Assembly: GCA_000002445.1 (NCBI GenBank) | Contig: AE017150.2 | Location: forward strand, 160,001 to 224,000 | DNA length: 64,000 nt | Direction: 5' to 3' | DNA from: Trypanosoma brucei | Lineage: Eukaryota | Shown: piece by piece, positions 45,540-59,300 of the stretch | Numbering within the stretch: position 1 is the first letter of the stretch | Layout: each line of letters starts with the position of its first letter | Made by a program: the position numbers and the translations under genes | The notes under the pieces: generated by a model | What the model saw: the letters and a program-made list of their open reading frames with translations, nothing else | The model's database searches: none | Told to the model about the DNA's origin: nothing

Positions 45540-47567
45540 TTACCTTCGGCCCGCAGCAGCCACCGCAAGCATTTTGATAACTATGTTATCCTCATACTGC
45601 ACATGGTACTGCTGCACATTGTTCTTCCAGAATCCCTCCACAAACTGGTGACTGCGGTGCTTTGCCTTACCCTGTGTAATTTCACACTTCTGCTCAGACC
45701 TCATCGCTGTGGATTCGAAGTGCTGAACGTAAATGATTTCCCAGTGAAACATCTCAGTAATTTCCTTCAACTGCTCAACGGTAGCCTCATTCTGGTGACC
45801 ACCCCCCTCCGCACTTGGCAAGAGGGATTGTAGCAAATGAATGAATTCGTCGGTTTTTGTGTCATGTCTGCTGGCAACAGTAAACTGCAACAACACAATA
45901 GTTTTCTTTCCTGTGGTTCCTGAAGCCTGTGCAGCCTGCTCGTCATCAACAATAAAGAATGCATCCGCTACGGGGTAGTTGGGAACGCATGGCACATATA
46001 ATTCCACCGGAGCCCCCTCCGACTCAGCCCAGTTGATGTCACCTGGCACTGTTTTTGGTCGACGGACTTTGAGGAGGCCATCCCTTACGTGTTGCAAAAT
46101 GCTTTTGCGTGTCCTCATGCGTCTGGCCCTTTCATTTGCTGGAAGTTTCGTTATTAGATTTACGAAGCAAGTTAACACTCTGGGGGAACACAAATATTTA
46201 ATTGCATTCTCCTCAAAATAAAGCCCGATGGCAGATGCATTCCGCATCATACCAGTTGTCAGTGCCCACTCCTCAGCAATGCCGGAAAACACTACATTCA
46301 AAATTCTTTTCTTTATAGATTCAGAATGCGCCACGCAGACATACGTGTCAAAGGAGTTTCCTTCTCGAGCTTTGATACGAACGATCTTCACGAGCTTATG
46401 TGATGCATCATTGTCCCTCCATTCCCCACAGTTGTCCAGTACCTTAGTATATATTCCGTACTTGTTACCTGCTACGATACTCCCCAATTCCCCGTCCACT
46501 GCAGTAAGCTCCTGTCCATACATTACTTCGTCAAACACATAACGAAGTGAAGGTCCGACACGCTCCACACGGTTCTCATACATGTTCCACTTTTCCCTCA
46601 ACTCAACATGCGTGGCTTGAGGAAAAAGCTTGGGTCCCATACGTGAGAAGAAAGCCCGCATTTCACTCATTTCCCAGCAGTTAACAACAATAAACGCGCC
46701 TTTACGTTGCTTTTGCCAGCTGTCAAAATTTCTCAAATTAGGTGAACTGATCAAAATGCTTCCCCATTTTGGAGCCACATCTGCCGGTGGCTGCTCGCCT
46801 TTTTTGACAAAGTCATAAATAACATAACCACGTGTATTAGATGATATAACCTTCATAAACGTTATAGCCGCTTCTTTACTGTACTCCCTAACTCTGCCAA
46901 CGCCACCACCACCTGATTTCTCAAATATATATGCGGCTACACCACGGAAGTACGCAACAACAGGTAACTCTTCCGCATCATAATGCAATAACTTGTAGAG
47001 GATAAAAGAACCCAAATTCTGAGATTTACCAATCCCAGGATTACCAATGGCAACGTATGATCGTGGTAAATAAGGACATCCCGGTATAACACGCTGGGCA
47101 CGCCATAATTCAATTCCACTCCTTACAAAATTCCATACACGGAGCTCTTCTCTGCGAATGAATATGTCACTGTTACTTCCCCGGGCAAAGTCTGTATATG
47201 GCCAACCCATTTCAGACGTAAGAACCAACAGCTCCACTCCTTTAGTGCGTTCCGGCTTCTGTTCAAGAGTTTCCTCAATTTCAGGCACGACATTAACTTC
47301 CTCATCCTTCCACATCAAACCCTCATTGGGCATTCCATCAACCATCCTCATTCCCAATGGTTGAGTTCCATCGTCGATAATAATATAACTCCATTTCGCA
47401 TTATAGGTGGAATCGTATAATTTCTCTTCGAGAGACTTGCCCTCTCCGGTTTCTGATGGGTTCTCGTTTTGTCGGCCGGCTTGTCTCTTCATTGGGCAGT
47501 ACGCACCATTCAACCATCCATTTAAAACATTCCGAGTATCTCCTACACTACCGCCGTTCTGATTCAT
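45540..47567 (-). CDS. RHS: Retrotransposon hot spot protein (RHS), intact 675-aa ORF. It is a paralogue of the RHS at 19639-21663.
   Basis: It is a full-length ORF with MNQNGG...GIGKSQNLGSFILYKLLHYDAEELPVVAYF...VAAAGRR. It is about 95% identical to copy 1, except for a divergent patch at about 46325-46545. Confidence 0.85.
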   Translation of the reverse strand: MNQNGGSVGDTRNVLNGWLNGAYCPMKRQAGRQNENPSETGEGKSLEEKLYDSTYNAKWSYIIIDDGTQPLGMRMVDGMPNEGLMWKDEEVNVVPEIEETLEQKPERTKGVELLVLTSEMGWPYTDFARGSNSDIFIRREELRVWNFVRSGIELWRAQRVIPGCPYLPRSYVAIGNPGIGKSQNLGSFILYKLLHYDAEELPVVAYFRGVAAYIFEKSGGGGVGRVREYSKEAAITFMKVISSNTRGYVIYDFVKKGEQPPADVAPKWGSILISSPNLRNFDSWQKQRKGAFIVVNCWEMSEMRAFFSRMGPKLFPQATHVELREKWNMYENRVERVGPSLRYVFDEVMYGQELTAVDGELGSIVAGNKYGIYTKVLDNCGEWRDNDASHKLVKIVRIKAREGNSFDTYVCVAHSESIKKRILNVVFSGIAEEWALTTGMMRNASAIGLYFEENAIKYLCSPRVLTCFVNLITKLPANERARRMRTRKSILQHVRDGLLKVRRPKTVPGDINWAESEGAPVELYVPCVPNYPVADAFFIVDDEQAAQASGTTGKKTIVLLQFTVASRHDTKTDEFIHLLQSLLPSAEGGGHQNEATVEQLKEITEMFHWEIIYVQHFESTAMRSEQKCEITQGKAKHRSHQFVEGFWKNNVQQYHVQYEDNIVIKMLAVAAAGRR

Positions 47568-50500
47568 TTCACTCTCTGAATAATAATCTTAATTGAGTGT
47601 GTTGTGTTATTTCCTTTCTTTGTAACATAAATTAAAAAAGAATTAAGATGAGAGAATTTAAAATGGATACGCTTCTAAACCAAATCAAATATACAAAAAT
47701 GAATATTAGGAATTAATATGGCAGATGGAAACTATTTATTGAAATTAGGATTCAATACAAATCTTATCATGTGTTGGGGTGTCACGGCAACTTAAGCACA
47801 AATAAGGTATGACAGTATGAATAAACATTTCTGTTTGGAGGAAAACTCAAACAACAATTCTCAGCTACTGCACACCATCATTCCAGAAAAAATAATATAC
47901 TTAGATATATTTATGTATTGAAAAGCAAAAAAATAAATAAATGTGGCATTGCCATGAAAAATGGGAAACAATAGCTTTACTCATAAGCTATGTAAAACGT
48001 AGAATACTCGATTAAAGTTACTCATGTGCATGATGAAGGCGCTTCACATTAAGAAATAGTACAAACAACTATCAGAACTTGCGCATAATCTCACATGAGC
48101 CGTCACTCGGAATGACATTTTGTCATAACTTCCTAATGTGGAAAAACTATTTCTAATGCCAACTCTCACGCTCCGAATCAGTACACAGTGTGCAAATGAG
48201 AGTACGAGATATCAAAACAATAATAATCGCCGTAAAAAGTAAAACCAATGAAAATAAAATCTTATACATCAAAGAGGAACCTCTCTCACCTGACGAACAA
48301 ATGCTGCTCACTTTCTTTATTCTTTATTTAAGTGATCCTGTGTTTTTTTTTCTTGCAACCATGGAGCCATGAATCTAAGAAATATATATATGTGAAGGCA
48401 TGAAAGATATTTGTTTTGCTTTGGTATTGGAGCACCTTGCCATGCGTCTGCTTTTGCGCCTTGGTGAAACTCAAAAGAAACGAAAGGCTCACGGAAGGGA
48501 ACAAATATATTTGTGGGAATAATAATTAAATATTAGGCCTCTTTTGAGGAGTGTGTTGAGTGTAATAATGGTGAAAAAGAAGTATTGAAAATTTATGCCA
48601 CATGGACAAATGCTTTACAATGTTTTCTCTCTATCTGAAAATATGGAATATATGGAATATATAAGGAACCAGAAACATAGGGAATATATGAAGTATAAGG
48701 AAATATATCAAATATAAGAAAATATTTGAAATATATGGAAAACATATGAGAGGCAAAAAGAATGGAAAGAAATTTGGTAAATGAATATACATTCATGGAA
48801 ATATCCATTAGAGAAATAATAATTTTCTTTTTCTCCTCCCTTCCCGCTAATGTTTCACCCGCTTATTTCCATTCCTTATAAATATTGTAAATTTCTTTTT
48901 GTTACTGTAACTATTTCCAAAAAAAAAGTGTAAGTAAGACACTTTAAGCATTACATATCATAATATCTCTAAACTCCTTCTATGTTATGTTAATCTACTA
49001 ATATTTTCATTCCCATTCATTTTATTCAGCAGAACATACAAAACCCCCTCAAAAGTCCTTCCTTGTTTTTTTCTTCAACATCATAACATATCTTGTGGAA
49101 TATACAAATATATAATAACCATAAATGTGTTATATATCATCACAACATCAGAAGCTTCACGACATAATTGTGTTCCTCAAGAAGCAGTGGTTGTGTTTCC
49201 TTTTATTTTATCTCATAGTCAAACTAATTAATTAATTACTAATAACATCCTCCAAAGATATTGCTTCTATTTTCTTGGATTGTTCAGCAGCGTAACACCG
49301 GAGTCTTGAAATAAAGAGTCACAGTTCAAAGAATACAAAACAGTAAAAAAAAAATAATAAACAGAGACTCGCACCTTCACAATTGGTTGCATTTGGATGC
49401 ATCAAACATATTTATTCGCCTCCTTGTGTTTTTTTTTTGGGGGTGGGAGGAGTAAATGCAAAATTATATCAAGTTGACGAGTAGTAGAAATACAACACTT
49501 GATATAATTTCACTTACATATAAGCTTTCTTTTCCCACTTTATTCCAATTCATAATATTTTGATAGCAATGTAATGCAGCATTCAGCTATAAACATTTTA
49601 ACCATAAATATAGTAACTAATGTGTGAATGGTAACCCATGGCGATACATTCCATATGGAACAATACCACATTGTTAAATATACGCATGGAATTAAAACTA
49701 TAGCACTAAATTGAAAATGAAAAATTAAAAGAGAAAAAGATATGAATTATCAAAAGAGGCATATTCTTCACTAAGATGCACTTGTTTCAATACAATCATA
49801 ATTTGAAATTACTTTAAATAATAAGTGGCCCAATATCCTGAAACGACACAATAACAATGATTTCATTATAGCATCTGTAAAATAATGATATGCAATAAAA
49901 TAAATAATAAAAATAAATTAAAATACAGCAAGCAGTGCAGAATATATTCTATTGCTATATATAAACATTTGCCAACAGATGAATACCTTTACGCATTGGA
50001 AGAAAATAATTAAATTCAAACTTCCAATGATTCTGCCCAGTGTTTGTCGGCTACATGTGGGACTCAAAAAAAAACAAAAATTTATTTTAAATAAACATGA
50101 AAAAAAGAAAAACTTCGCATGAAACCATAAGGGTACCCCTGTGAGTTATTCGCTACTGTCAAACATAGTTAACTTCACAACCCTCAAGAAAGAAAGAATT
50201 AAATAATAAAAGTAAAAGTAAAATTTCAAGTTAAAAAAATAAAAATAAAAATTAAGGAAATATAACATAATTATGCTTAACTAACTGTAATGTGAGGAAT
50301 GTAAAAATAACAAAATGTTACTCACAATTTAATGTTATCAATGTTTTCCTTCACAAACAAAAACTGTCACATCTCAATGTGTTCCTTCAAATTAATGTAA
50401 AGGAACCAGATATGTTTGTATAATATTCTACAATGTCATTTGGCATTGTCCGATGCTCACTCAAAAAAAAAAACTTATTCGTTTTGTTGCGATGTAGCTG

Positions 50501-50946
50501 TTGACAGTGTTGTGCTCTTTTTCTTTTTTTTTATTTTTTTTAACATACCGCTCCGCACTTCCGTAATCCCCTCAATATTCCTGCAGTTCCCATCATAAAA
50601 GATACAAAAGAAATCCATCAAAATAAAGTAACTGAAGTCCAAGATGCTGTAGATCGCAATGTATTTATTTTGAATAATGGAACCCTGTGATATCAAAGAC
50701 AATCATCTGCAATGAATAAACTGAAACATTCACTGACTCATGCCACTAAAATAATAATTAAATTGTTAAACACATGTTCCCATCGTGTGGTAAGTAATTC
50801 AAACAATTCTGTGACCACATGAAATACTCGAAGAAAAAGGAAACGTATACAATGCATAAGCCATTAGTAAAGTATAAATACAGTTTTTGGTATCGAATCC
50901 ATCATATGTTACAAAGCCGCATTTCACTAACACACAAGAGCACAAT
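47568..50946. repeat. S cassette, copy 3
   Basis: It is collinear with S1 and S2. Confidence 0.8.
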
Positions 50947-52686
50947 TTAACTCATCATCATATTTCGAATCATCAGTGATAGAGCTTGAAATTTAAATGA
51001 TTCGATAAATCCAACATTTCCCTTTACTCTTACAACCTTTACCAACTTTTCCGTAACTTCATTGTTCTTCCAGGCAGCGGTATGCTCAATAATATCATTA
51101 TAGGAATATTCATCCGACTTCTTCATAGTTTCCAACGCATCATGAACTCTTTTCAGACGCCATTCATAACAGCTTAAAACAAATATATAACGAGGCAAAA
51201 GCCCAATTGAATTAATACGTCCCTCCACTATTCTCCACTCATCTTCCATTTCCTTCCTCAATTCGTGTCTTCTTCTGTTGGATACCTTTTCCCTTGTATG
51301 TATTGACAGTTTTTTCCATGCCACAAATGCCTTCATGTCACGCACATCATCACAGTTTATAATAATTTGGCGGCCTCCCGTAATTGTAGTCCAGTTACCA
51401 AAGTGGGAACTATTCGGGGAAGTGAAAATAGTTACACTCCAAACATCAGAGGGAAGTTGAGTGTAAAGCTGCTGCATTGCATACCTTATGTCCATAATAA
51501 TGTGTCCTCTGTTTTCAAATTTCATTTTATTTATGGCGTTGACCGCAGCTCTCAAATATTCGTACCGCACAACCCTCCCTCTTTCATCACCCTTTCTGTT
51601 ATATATTAAGTAGGCGATCGTGTCTGTGAAATATGCAACAACATCAAGCATTCCTTCATGGAAGTGAAGCAACGAATGAAGCAAAAATGATCCAAGGCCA
51701 TATGATTTACCAATACCAGGTGTACCAATAACAATATGTATCGGTGGTCTGTGAGCTGTCTTTTCCACCCACCATGTTTTCAGATCTTTTTCGACTTTAT
51801 ACCACACGCGCACAATTTCACGACGGATGTATACGTGCTGAAATACTACTTTGCGCCCCGTAGTGTAATCCAATGCAAACCTGTTGTATGGCCAACCTTT
51901 CTCCGAAGTGAGAACAAAAATCTCCAAACCATCGGGTCTCTCCTCAATCTCTGCATCAACATTCGCAGGAAGAGGAGTTATATCCACATCTTCTTCGGTC
52001 CACATGCGCTGCGGCCTTCCATCGAACACTTTCATGCCAAGTGGCTCTGTATGATAACCCGACATCACATAACTCCATTTCGCATTATATATGGATTCAT
52101 ACAATCCTTTCAGTTCGACAGCACTACAAGCTGTTTGAGCAGCTCGTTCCCTTGCTTCATTGAGTGCATCATTCAACATGTTAGTGACAACAATCCAAAG
52201 GCGCTCTCCATCTCTCAGTCCACGAATATCCGCCTGTAACCTGACCTTTGCTTCCTCATCTGCTTGTTGCCAGCGCTGAAGATTCAATATTCCCTCATCC
52301 TCAAAGAAACCATAGACGCTGACAAAACGTTTGTACACTTTATACTCTGTTGTCGCGAATATTCGATTGAGCGCATTAACGTCATTAATATACTCTTCAG
52401 GTTCCAGTACGAACGCAGACATTGATACATTATTTTCTTCATTCACATTATATCTTCTGCCAAAATTACGCCTCAAAAAATCATTCAACATCATATTTCT
52501 AGGATGTGGCAGACCATTCAGCAAAACTGCGTCAACGCAGCTGAAAAGACCCCATTGTGGTTGGTTGTTATTCTCCACTCGTTGCTGCACTACTGGAGGT
52601 TCCGCATCGTTACGCGCAGCCTCCTCATTTTCTCGTCTCCTTCCCTCAATGTCACCCCTTCCTTCAATAGGAACCTGTTGATTCAT
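50947..52686 (-). CDS. RHS: RHS with an intact 579-aa ORF that is C-terminally truncated relative to full-length RHS (ends RNMMMS). It is either a short RHS variant or a pseudogene.
   Basis: It is an uninterrupted ORF, MNQQVPIEG...GIGKSYGLGSFLLHSLLHFHEGM...VKVVRVKGNVGFIESFKFQALSLMIRNMMMS*. The same stop position is shared by the copies at 25097 and 36318. Full-length RHS continues for roughly 300 aa beyond this point. Confidence 0.7.
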   Translation of the reverse strand: MNQQVPIEGRGDIEGRRRENEEAARNDAEPPVVQQRVENNNQPQWGLFSCVDAVLLNGLPHPRNMMLNDFLRRNFGRRYNVNEENNVSMSAFVLEPEEYINDVNALNRIFATTEYKVYKRFVSVYGFFEDEGILNLQRWQQADEEAKVRLQADIRGLRDGERLWIVVTNMLNDALNEARERAAQTACSAVELKGLYESIYNAKWSYVMSGYHTEPLGMKVFDGRPQRMWTEEDVDITPLPANVDAEIEERPDGLEIFVLTSEKGWPYNRFALDYTTGRKVVFQHVYIRREIVRVWYKVEKDLKTWWVEKTAHRPPIHIVIGTPGIGKSYGLGSFLLHSLLHFHEGMLDVVAYFTDTIAYLIYNRKGDERGRVVRYEYLRAAVNAINKMKFENRGHIIMDIRYAMQQLYTQLPSDVWSVTIFTSPNSSHFGNWTTITGGRQIIINCDDVRDMKAFVAWKKLSIHTREKVSNRRRHELRKEMEDEWRIVEGRINSIGLLPRYIFVLSCYEWRLKRVHDALETMKKSDEYSYNDIIEHTAAWKNNEVTEKLVKVVRVKGNVGFIESFKFQALSLMIRNMMMS

Positions 52687-53245
52687 TTCACTCTCCTAAT
52701 AATAATCTTAATTGAGTGTGTTGTGTTATTTCCTTTCTTTGTAACATAAATTTTAAAAAAGGGATAAAAGATGAGAGAATTTAAAATGGATACATTTCTA
52801 AACCAAAGCAAATATACAATCAATATCAGGAATTAATATGGCAGGTGGAAACTATTTACTAAAATTAGGATTCAATACAAATCTTATCATGTGTTTAGAA
52901 CTCACAGCAACTTAAGCACAAATAAGGTATGACAGTGCGAATAAACATTTCTCTTGGGAGGAAAAACTCAAACAACAATTCCCAGTTACTGCACACCATC
53001 ATTTCAGAAAAAATAATAATATACTTACATATATATTTATGAAAAAGCAAAGAAAATAAATGTGGCATTGCTATAAAAAATGGGAAACAATAGTTTTAGC
53101 GATAAATCATGCAAAACGTAGAATACTCGGTTGCATACAGAAAAGTGCCTTACTTACCTTACAAAATTAAAAATATACCAAAAGTAAAAATAAATATAAA
53201 ACATTATCTTCACACTTCAAACCAGACACGTATTAAGCAAGAGAA

Positions 53246-54005
53246 AATAATTCACATAATCCCATACATATGTTACGATGGGTATTGCATGCAGTACAAT
53301 TTAAAGGAAGTGTAACTCATATAACATTTTCAAAAATAAGGTATTGAATGACTGTTTGCTACCATCAATTACATTTCCAATGCCTGATTACACTTTTATA
53401 TGCATGAAGGAAGTTACTGATGATAACTTTGACATGCTCGAGAATCCATAACACAAAGCGACTGCTGCATGCAATAAAAAATAAAAATAAAAATAACATC
53501 CGAATTTATTTACTGACAGATGAGTGCAATTCATTCACCCAAACTTCATAGCTGCAAAAATAAACTCGCCGTTGCCAATAGGAAATAATCCCGCATAAAT
53601 ATTGAGTATCTGAAAATGATAGCAACGGGTTTCCATTTTTGAAATATATGCATAAAATACATGAGGTATATGAAGCCATATTGGTAAAGTGCCACTACGC
53701 ATGTTGCAATTTACTATCAAAAGTGTCTGCCTTATTTTATTTCTTGTGTTACTGTAACTCATGAGTATTATTCATTATTCTTTACAATACAACTGTAAGT
53801 CATTTTGCATTTTTACATATTTTCTTATTCTCTCATGCTGGAAGTGTTCCACATATAATATTCCTCAATATCGTTCACAAAATAAAAATAATTTCATTTA
53901 CTTCTGCATTCAGTTTCTTGTGTAGCAGTGTGTGCACTAATCATCCATAAAGTTTTTAATTTGCCAAATACATCATTACGAAACTATTTTCCACAAATAA
54001 ACAAA
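53246..54005. repeat. C cassette, partial copy 3
   Basis: It is collinear with 40038-40800. Confidence 0.7.
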
Positions 54006-54766
54006 CATACAAATCATTGGGACAATATCTTTGAGATATTTCCTTCACTATATTTGCAGTTCAGTAGTAATTAAAGGAAACTTTTTGTATAATTCAGCAC
54101 ATGGTGGAATTGCAAAGAAATGTGATAGTACTTATAATCAATAAGTTCCCAATTTTCCTCACATGGTCTCCTTTCATGCCTTTACATCCTTATATAATTC
54201 ACAGAGAATTACTGCAATTTCCTTCATATGATTTCAGGATTCCATAAGTCACAATACAAATAATATATATATATATATCCTCCTACATAATTTGCACATA
54301 ATATTGCTTAACATATAAATTATCACAAACCTATGACTTTACACTCCTCCTAAGAATAATAGAATCAAATTATTTCTATTTTGCATCATTACATGAAGCT
54401 TTGGAAAATGGAAAAAAAAAGAATCAAACAAAAGGTAATGTAAAGAACACAGTTTCATAATACAGATTATAACTTGTTTGTGAATTGCAGATGCAAACAC
54501 AAAATGTTCAAACAGGGAAACAGTAAAGGATGTTACTGATAATGTAAGCACAAATTAATCAAAAATAGAAACATAAATAAAATTGAAACTTATAAAAACA
54601 CAAAAATATATTACACAAATATTTACCACATATTATAATTCGCCACCCTCACACTTGAATTACAAAGAGGACATAATACACATATGTGGTAAAACTAATA
54701 CAACTCGAATATACGTATGTGCCATCTTATTAACATAATCATTCTAATATTTACTCAGTATGTATG

Positions 54767-54796
54767 TCTGTGTGTGTGTGTGTGTGTCTGTGTGTA
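54767..54796. repeat. (TG)n microsatellite with interruptions
   Basis: The sequence is tctgtgtgtgtgtgtgtgtgtctgtgtgtag. Confidence 0.9.
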
Positions 54797-55965
54797 GAAA
54801 TGATGAAATGTAATTGTAACAAATCAGGCACAACACAAACAAAATATATGCATTATATTATTCTCTAAAAAGTAGAAGAATAAAAATCAAGAAATATTAC
54901 GCAACTTTTCTCACAAGTAATTTTCCTTCTGTATATAACACGACAGCTGACAACATTAAACTCTCAATTCCATAATATCTGACACCTGAAGTGATAATTA
55001 GCAGCGGATGCCTTTAACAAAAAACAACAGAAATAACAACATCAAAGCATGTTTTGAAAGCTTAAATAAAGTTCCTCATGGATAAACCATTTGTACGAAG
55101 TTTGAGTGACAAGTAGGAGGAACAAAGAAAAAATAGAAAAGAAGAATTAAATGGTAAAACAATTGCGTGTGATATAACTAAAGGATTTGTTAGGCACTAC
55201 ACTCATTAAACTCCAATTTCATAAAAATACTGCAAGGCATAATATTTACTGCTTTACCGGTTATGTGCCTCCAGCAAGCAATAATAAATACTTCGAGTAT
55301 TATTCAATTTCTGATGCATTGAAGTGTGTAATAAATTAGTGCATGAGTAAACTATTCAAATGTTGGTGTTTAATTCAAATTATAAACTCTGCACTATGAA
55401 TGTCTCTCGATGTTTATAATTTGAGAGAGCAAAAGTGACGGCGCTACTATTTATTTCTTCCAGTTCATGAATATATAAATATATTTATACATATATAATC
55501 AGATGTGACATGCAAAAGCGTTTAAACATCAGGCATGAACATCTTTCCATTCATTTAAAGTAAGACGATACAATAAGGTAAGTTTAGGATGAAGTGAAGG
55601 TATCATAATGTTAATATCTTCCTTCAAGCGGAGGATTCAATTTAAATAGGCGTACTTCACAAACAATAGTAAAATAACTGAGAAAACTTATATCACTTAA
55701 TCGTTATTTCCTTCAATTCTTATTTTGAATCGCTCTGTACCGTCACACCTTCAATAAAGTATATAGTGACGCATTTCATACATCCTACCTAAGCCATCTC
55801 TCATAGTCATAGCTCTCAACAGCAATAATAACAAATAATGAATAGTTTAGTTCTTACCTTCCCTTTTTACTACCGACAAGAAAGATATACGAAATAATTA
55901 TCATGCTGGATAAACAGTAAGCGTTCCTCATTATCCTACACAAAATATGAATTGAAACGATAATT

Positions 55966-56010
55966 TACTAACGAAGCGGAAGTGTCTGAAAGCGTCTTTA
56001 ACCCGTCTCC
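55966..56010. other. Conserved 45-nt motif, copy 2
   Basis: It matches 10676-20720 style motif copy 1 at 10676-10720 with two transitions. Confidence 0.5.
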
Positions 56011-56355
56011 TGTGCGGGGCGAAGAGGGTTGTGTTGTGTGGGCTTTCTAAAAATTTCACTCTCTTGCAGACAGCTGCGTAAATAAACGGGAAGTACAGGT
56101 GTGTTTAGAGAAATATAACCGTACAAAATAATACTCTGCACTCCTATGACCAAAACCATTCATAATGCAGGCTTTCAAAATACACGACATCATCTCAACA
56201 AATTGTAATTATTTTTTTTTGCATAATGTCCTCCAGAAGACAGAACAACAGATGACACAGTTAAATAACACATGACAAACAAGGAATATAACCGCACATC
56301 CTCAGCAGTAAATGTTTCAGTTTCTCCTTTAAAAAAAACAAAGAAAAATAAAACA

Positions 56356-59300
56356 GTTTCACACGTGTGGTCCAAAAGCTGCATCAGCCAATACAATATC
56401 TTGACAACTTGTCATGCAATCTTGCCTCAAGAAGAAAATAAAACATTCATCTCTGCTTTCCCTTAATTGATAAATGAGATCCCATGCTGTGTTAACTCAC
56501 GTCTCCATTCAAAAAGTTGACTCAACGTTGTGACGAGGCAGTGACCAAAAACAATCCAAATGCAATTCCAAATTTCTTCATATTACGTTTTCAGTTTTAT
56601 TACACATTTCCCCAACCATTCCGAGTACTAACAGGAATAATTTGGTTCTATAATAATGCATGTGTTTTCTACAGCTCTTTCATTTTGTTATGATCCGCAC
56701 AAAAATTATATATGTGGTTGTTGATTCGTCCGGTTAATCAAAGTAACAATCATAATAATTAATTTTCCCCTTTTCTTCATTTTTTCTATTAGCACATGTG
56801 CACCTTGGTGAGATCACTTTCACTCATTTGCACTGATTGGTCAACACTATTTAGTTCGTTATTCAACACACTCCCTTACATGTCCTCTTCTCACCATTTA
56901 TAACCCACACGAGCAGCATCAAATATAAATTGTGAAGAGGTATGAGATCACAAGGAACTCGCTCTCATTGAGAAGGTTGGATGCGTCATATATATATATA
57001 ATCATGTAATCCCTTTTCATTTCAACAATACGCAAACCTCAACTGCGGAATCGACTTTGAATGAGTTGACCTCGTCAGCATGAAACGGAGTCCGCCCAGT
57101 GGCATGAACATTAATCTTATCAGTAAACATGTGTTTGAGGTGTTGGTAATAAATGGGGTCAAAGAAAACATAAGTGCGTATCATCTTCCCCGTTATGCCC
57201 GAGTGGAAAATATACATCATCTCCTTGAAGATAATTGTATCCATGTTGTATCAATTCCTCATCCAGCTCCTTATCCCTATCAGTACCCAAACGCAGTGTC
57301 ATCGCCGAATTTTTTCATGAATGCACTCACACCTTTGAGCTAACGAGTTCCAGCAACTTTGCAACTGTCATACGGCTCGGGAATCCATGAGAATTTATGA
57401 TCATATCTGGGCAAATGCCTTTACTCATTGAAGGGCATGTTAACACACCATCAGTCATGAGATCCACTACTCCCTCCAGACCGTGCCGTGAGGAAAACTT
57501 ATTTCAGACCTCGGGACCGCAAACTTCTCTCGTGGCAACTTTAACTTTATTGTTCTACATCCATTGATATATCCGAGTCACTGGAAGGTGAGAGATGACC
57601 ACATTTGGTTCACAACAGCAGGCTGAGGGTATTTATTATATTCAAGAAAATTAGGTCTTGGTTCCTTGAAAGGCACGGGAGTTTATTTGTTTACAAAAAT
57701 ATCAAACTGACAGACAGCCGCACCTTTACTACTGGCAATACCATCACTACTAAAAGCATTGTGTCTCGCAACATTCCAATCTGTTGGAAGAATTATATCA
57801 TACATACTCACCGTTGGGAAGTCTTTCCAGTTTCATCTCATGCTTACAAAAAACACACCACCCATAGCCACAATTGAGCGAACTGCGGTTGTGTACACCT
57901 TTGAGTCTTCAATATTGTAACCTCTATAGCTCATAATGCATACCATCGTATTAATTCCTGCGCCTAATATTTTGTAGTTGCTTAGGTTCATAGCCTTCGT
58001 CCAGCAAAGGGATAGTTGAGAGTAAGCACTCAACATAAGTACTGTGTCCATTTATAATGTACTGATTATACGCAATGGTTCCAACAGCTTGCTTGCCCAT
58101 GGCTGACTGTAATGTGTTTCGTACAAATTGATTGTGATGTGGAAAGGAGAATAATGCTAGCGACAACTCCAAGTGAGTCTCGTGTACTGCTCAATGTCTT
58201 TGTGGTGAACTGCTAAAAGACAGACATTCGCTTCGTCATATAAGTCAATGAATTCCACAACAAACCTTCAGCTAAAATATCGTTAATCGAGCACTTGCTT
58301 GAACTCAAGTTATCCAGGTGTTGAGAAATTACAGCGTGTTTCCCATCGCGAACGAAAACATACAACCTCACGATCCTTCCGCCGACACTAACAATTCGAA
58401 CACTATTCTGGCGGTCATTTATCGCAATTGAAACGTGTGGATGCAAGCGGCCTGTGTTCCTCAGGGTTCGTAATACATCCTGACACAAACGGCTCATGTA
58501 TCGATAAACGCACATCAGCGCTTCATTGAGGAAAACTGTGTAGTATTTAAGAAATTCGTTAAGGCTGATATAATCTATTTCCTCCACTCCAATATTGTAC
58601 GCATCCGCGTGTCAACAAACAAATTATTCATGTCTAGTGTTACCTGACTAAGAATAGCAAAATTATTAACCAAACAGCAACAACTTTCACCCTCTGGGGT
58701 ATCGCAAGGAGGGACATACACCATTCCCACATTGACTTGAATAGAGAAATAATGATCCGCACATGTGGGTCAATAGACGAGGCCATGGTCACTCCACTGC
58801 TGCCGTTACATATGATCACTGCATTGTTTTCGTATCAATGTTGATGATGATATGGGATTTGCTGCTGGAGGCAACCAACAACATAAGTTTAAGGTTGCCA
58901 CGTGTGGAGAGAGGCCCAACTGCCAACCCTCAACCAGGATAACAGAAGTGATTATAAGGAAAGAGAAGACAACATATCATAGCATGTTTACCCACCGACA
59001 AATAATTGAAGAAAGAAAAAGAAAGAGAGGAAAATGGACGAAATCACGTCACCAGCTGCGTGTCTGCGAAGAACACCATCAAGAGCTGCTCCATAACTGC
59101 AACCATAACTAACATGTATAATATAATTATAACAGCTCGTATATGAAACAGCACATCCAGTAACTGCTTCTAATGTTTGCATATTTCACTCCGTCACAAT
59201 CTCTCTCCCATGACACCTACTGGAAACACAACTCAGAGGAGTTTTAGTTGAGGCATGTTTCCAATACGCTCTCTCTACCACGGATGGCAAAGAAGCAAAA

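Larger units (their letters stand above)
43595..53100 (-). repeat. Segmental duplication, copy 2 (about 9.5 kb)
   Basis: It is collinear with 17895-27240. Confidence 0.8.
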
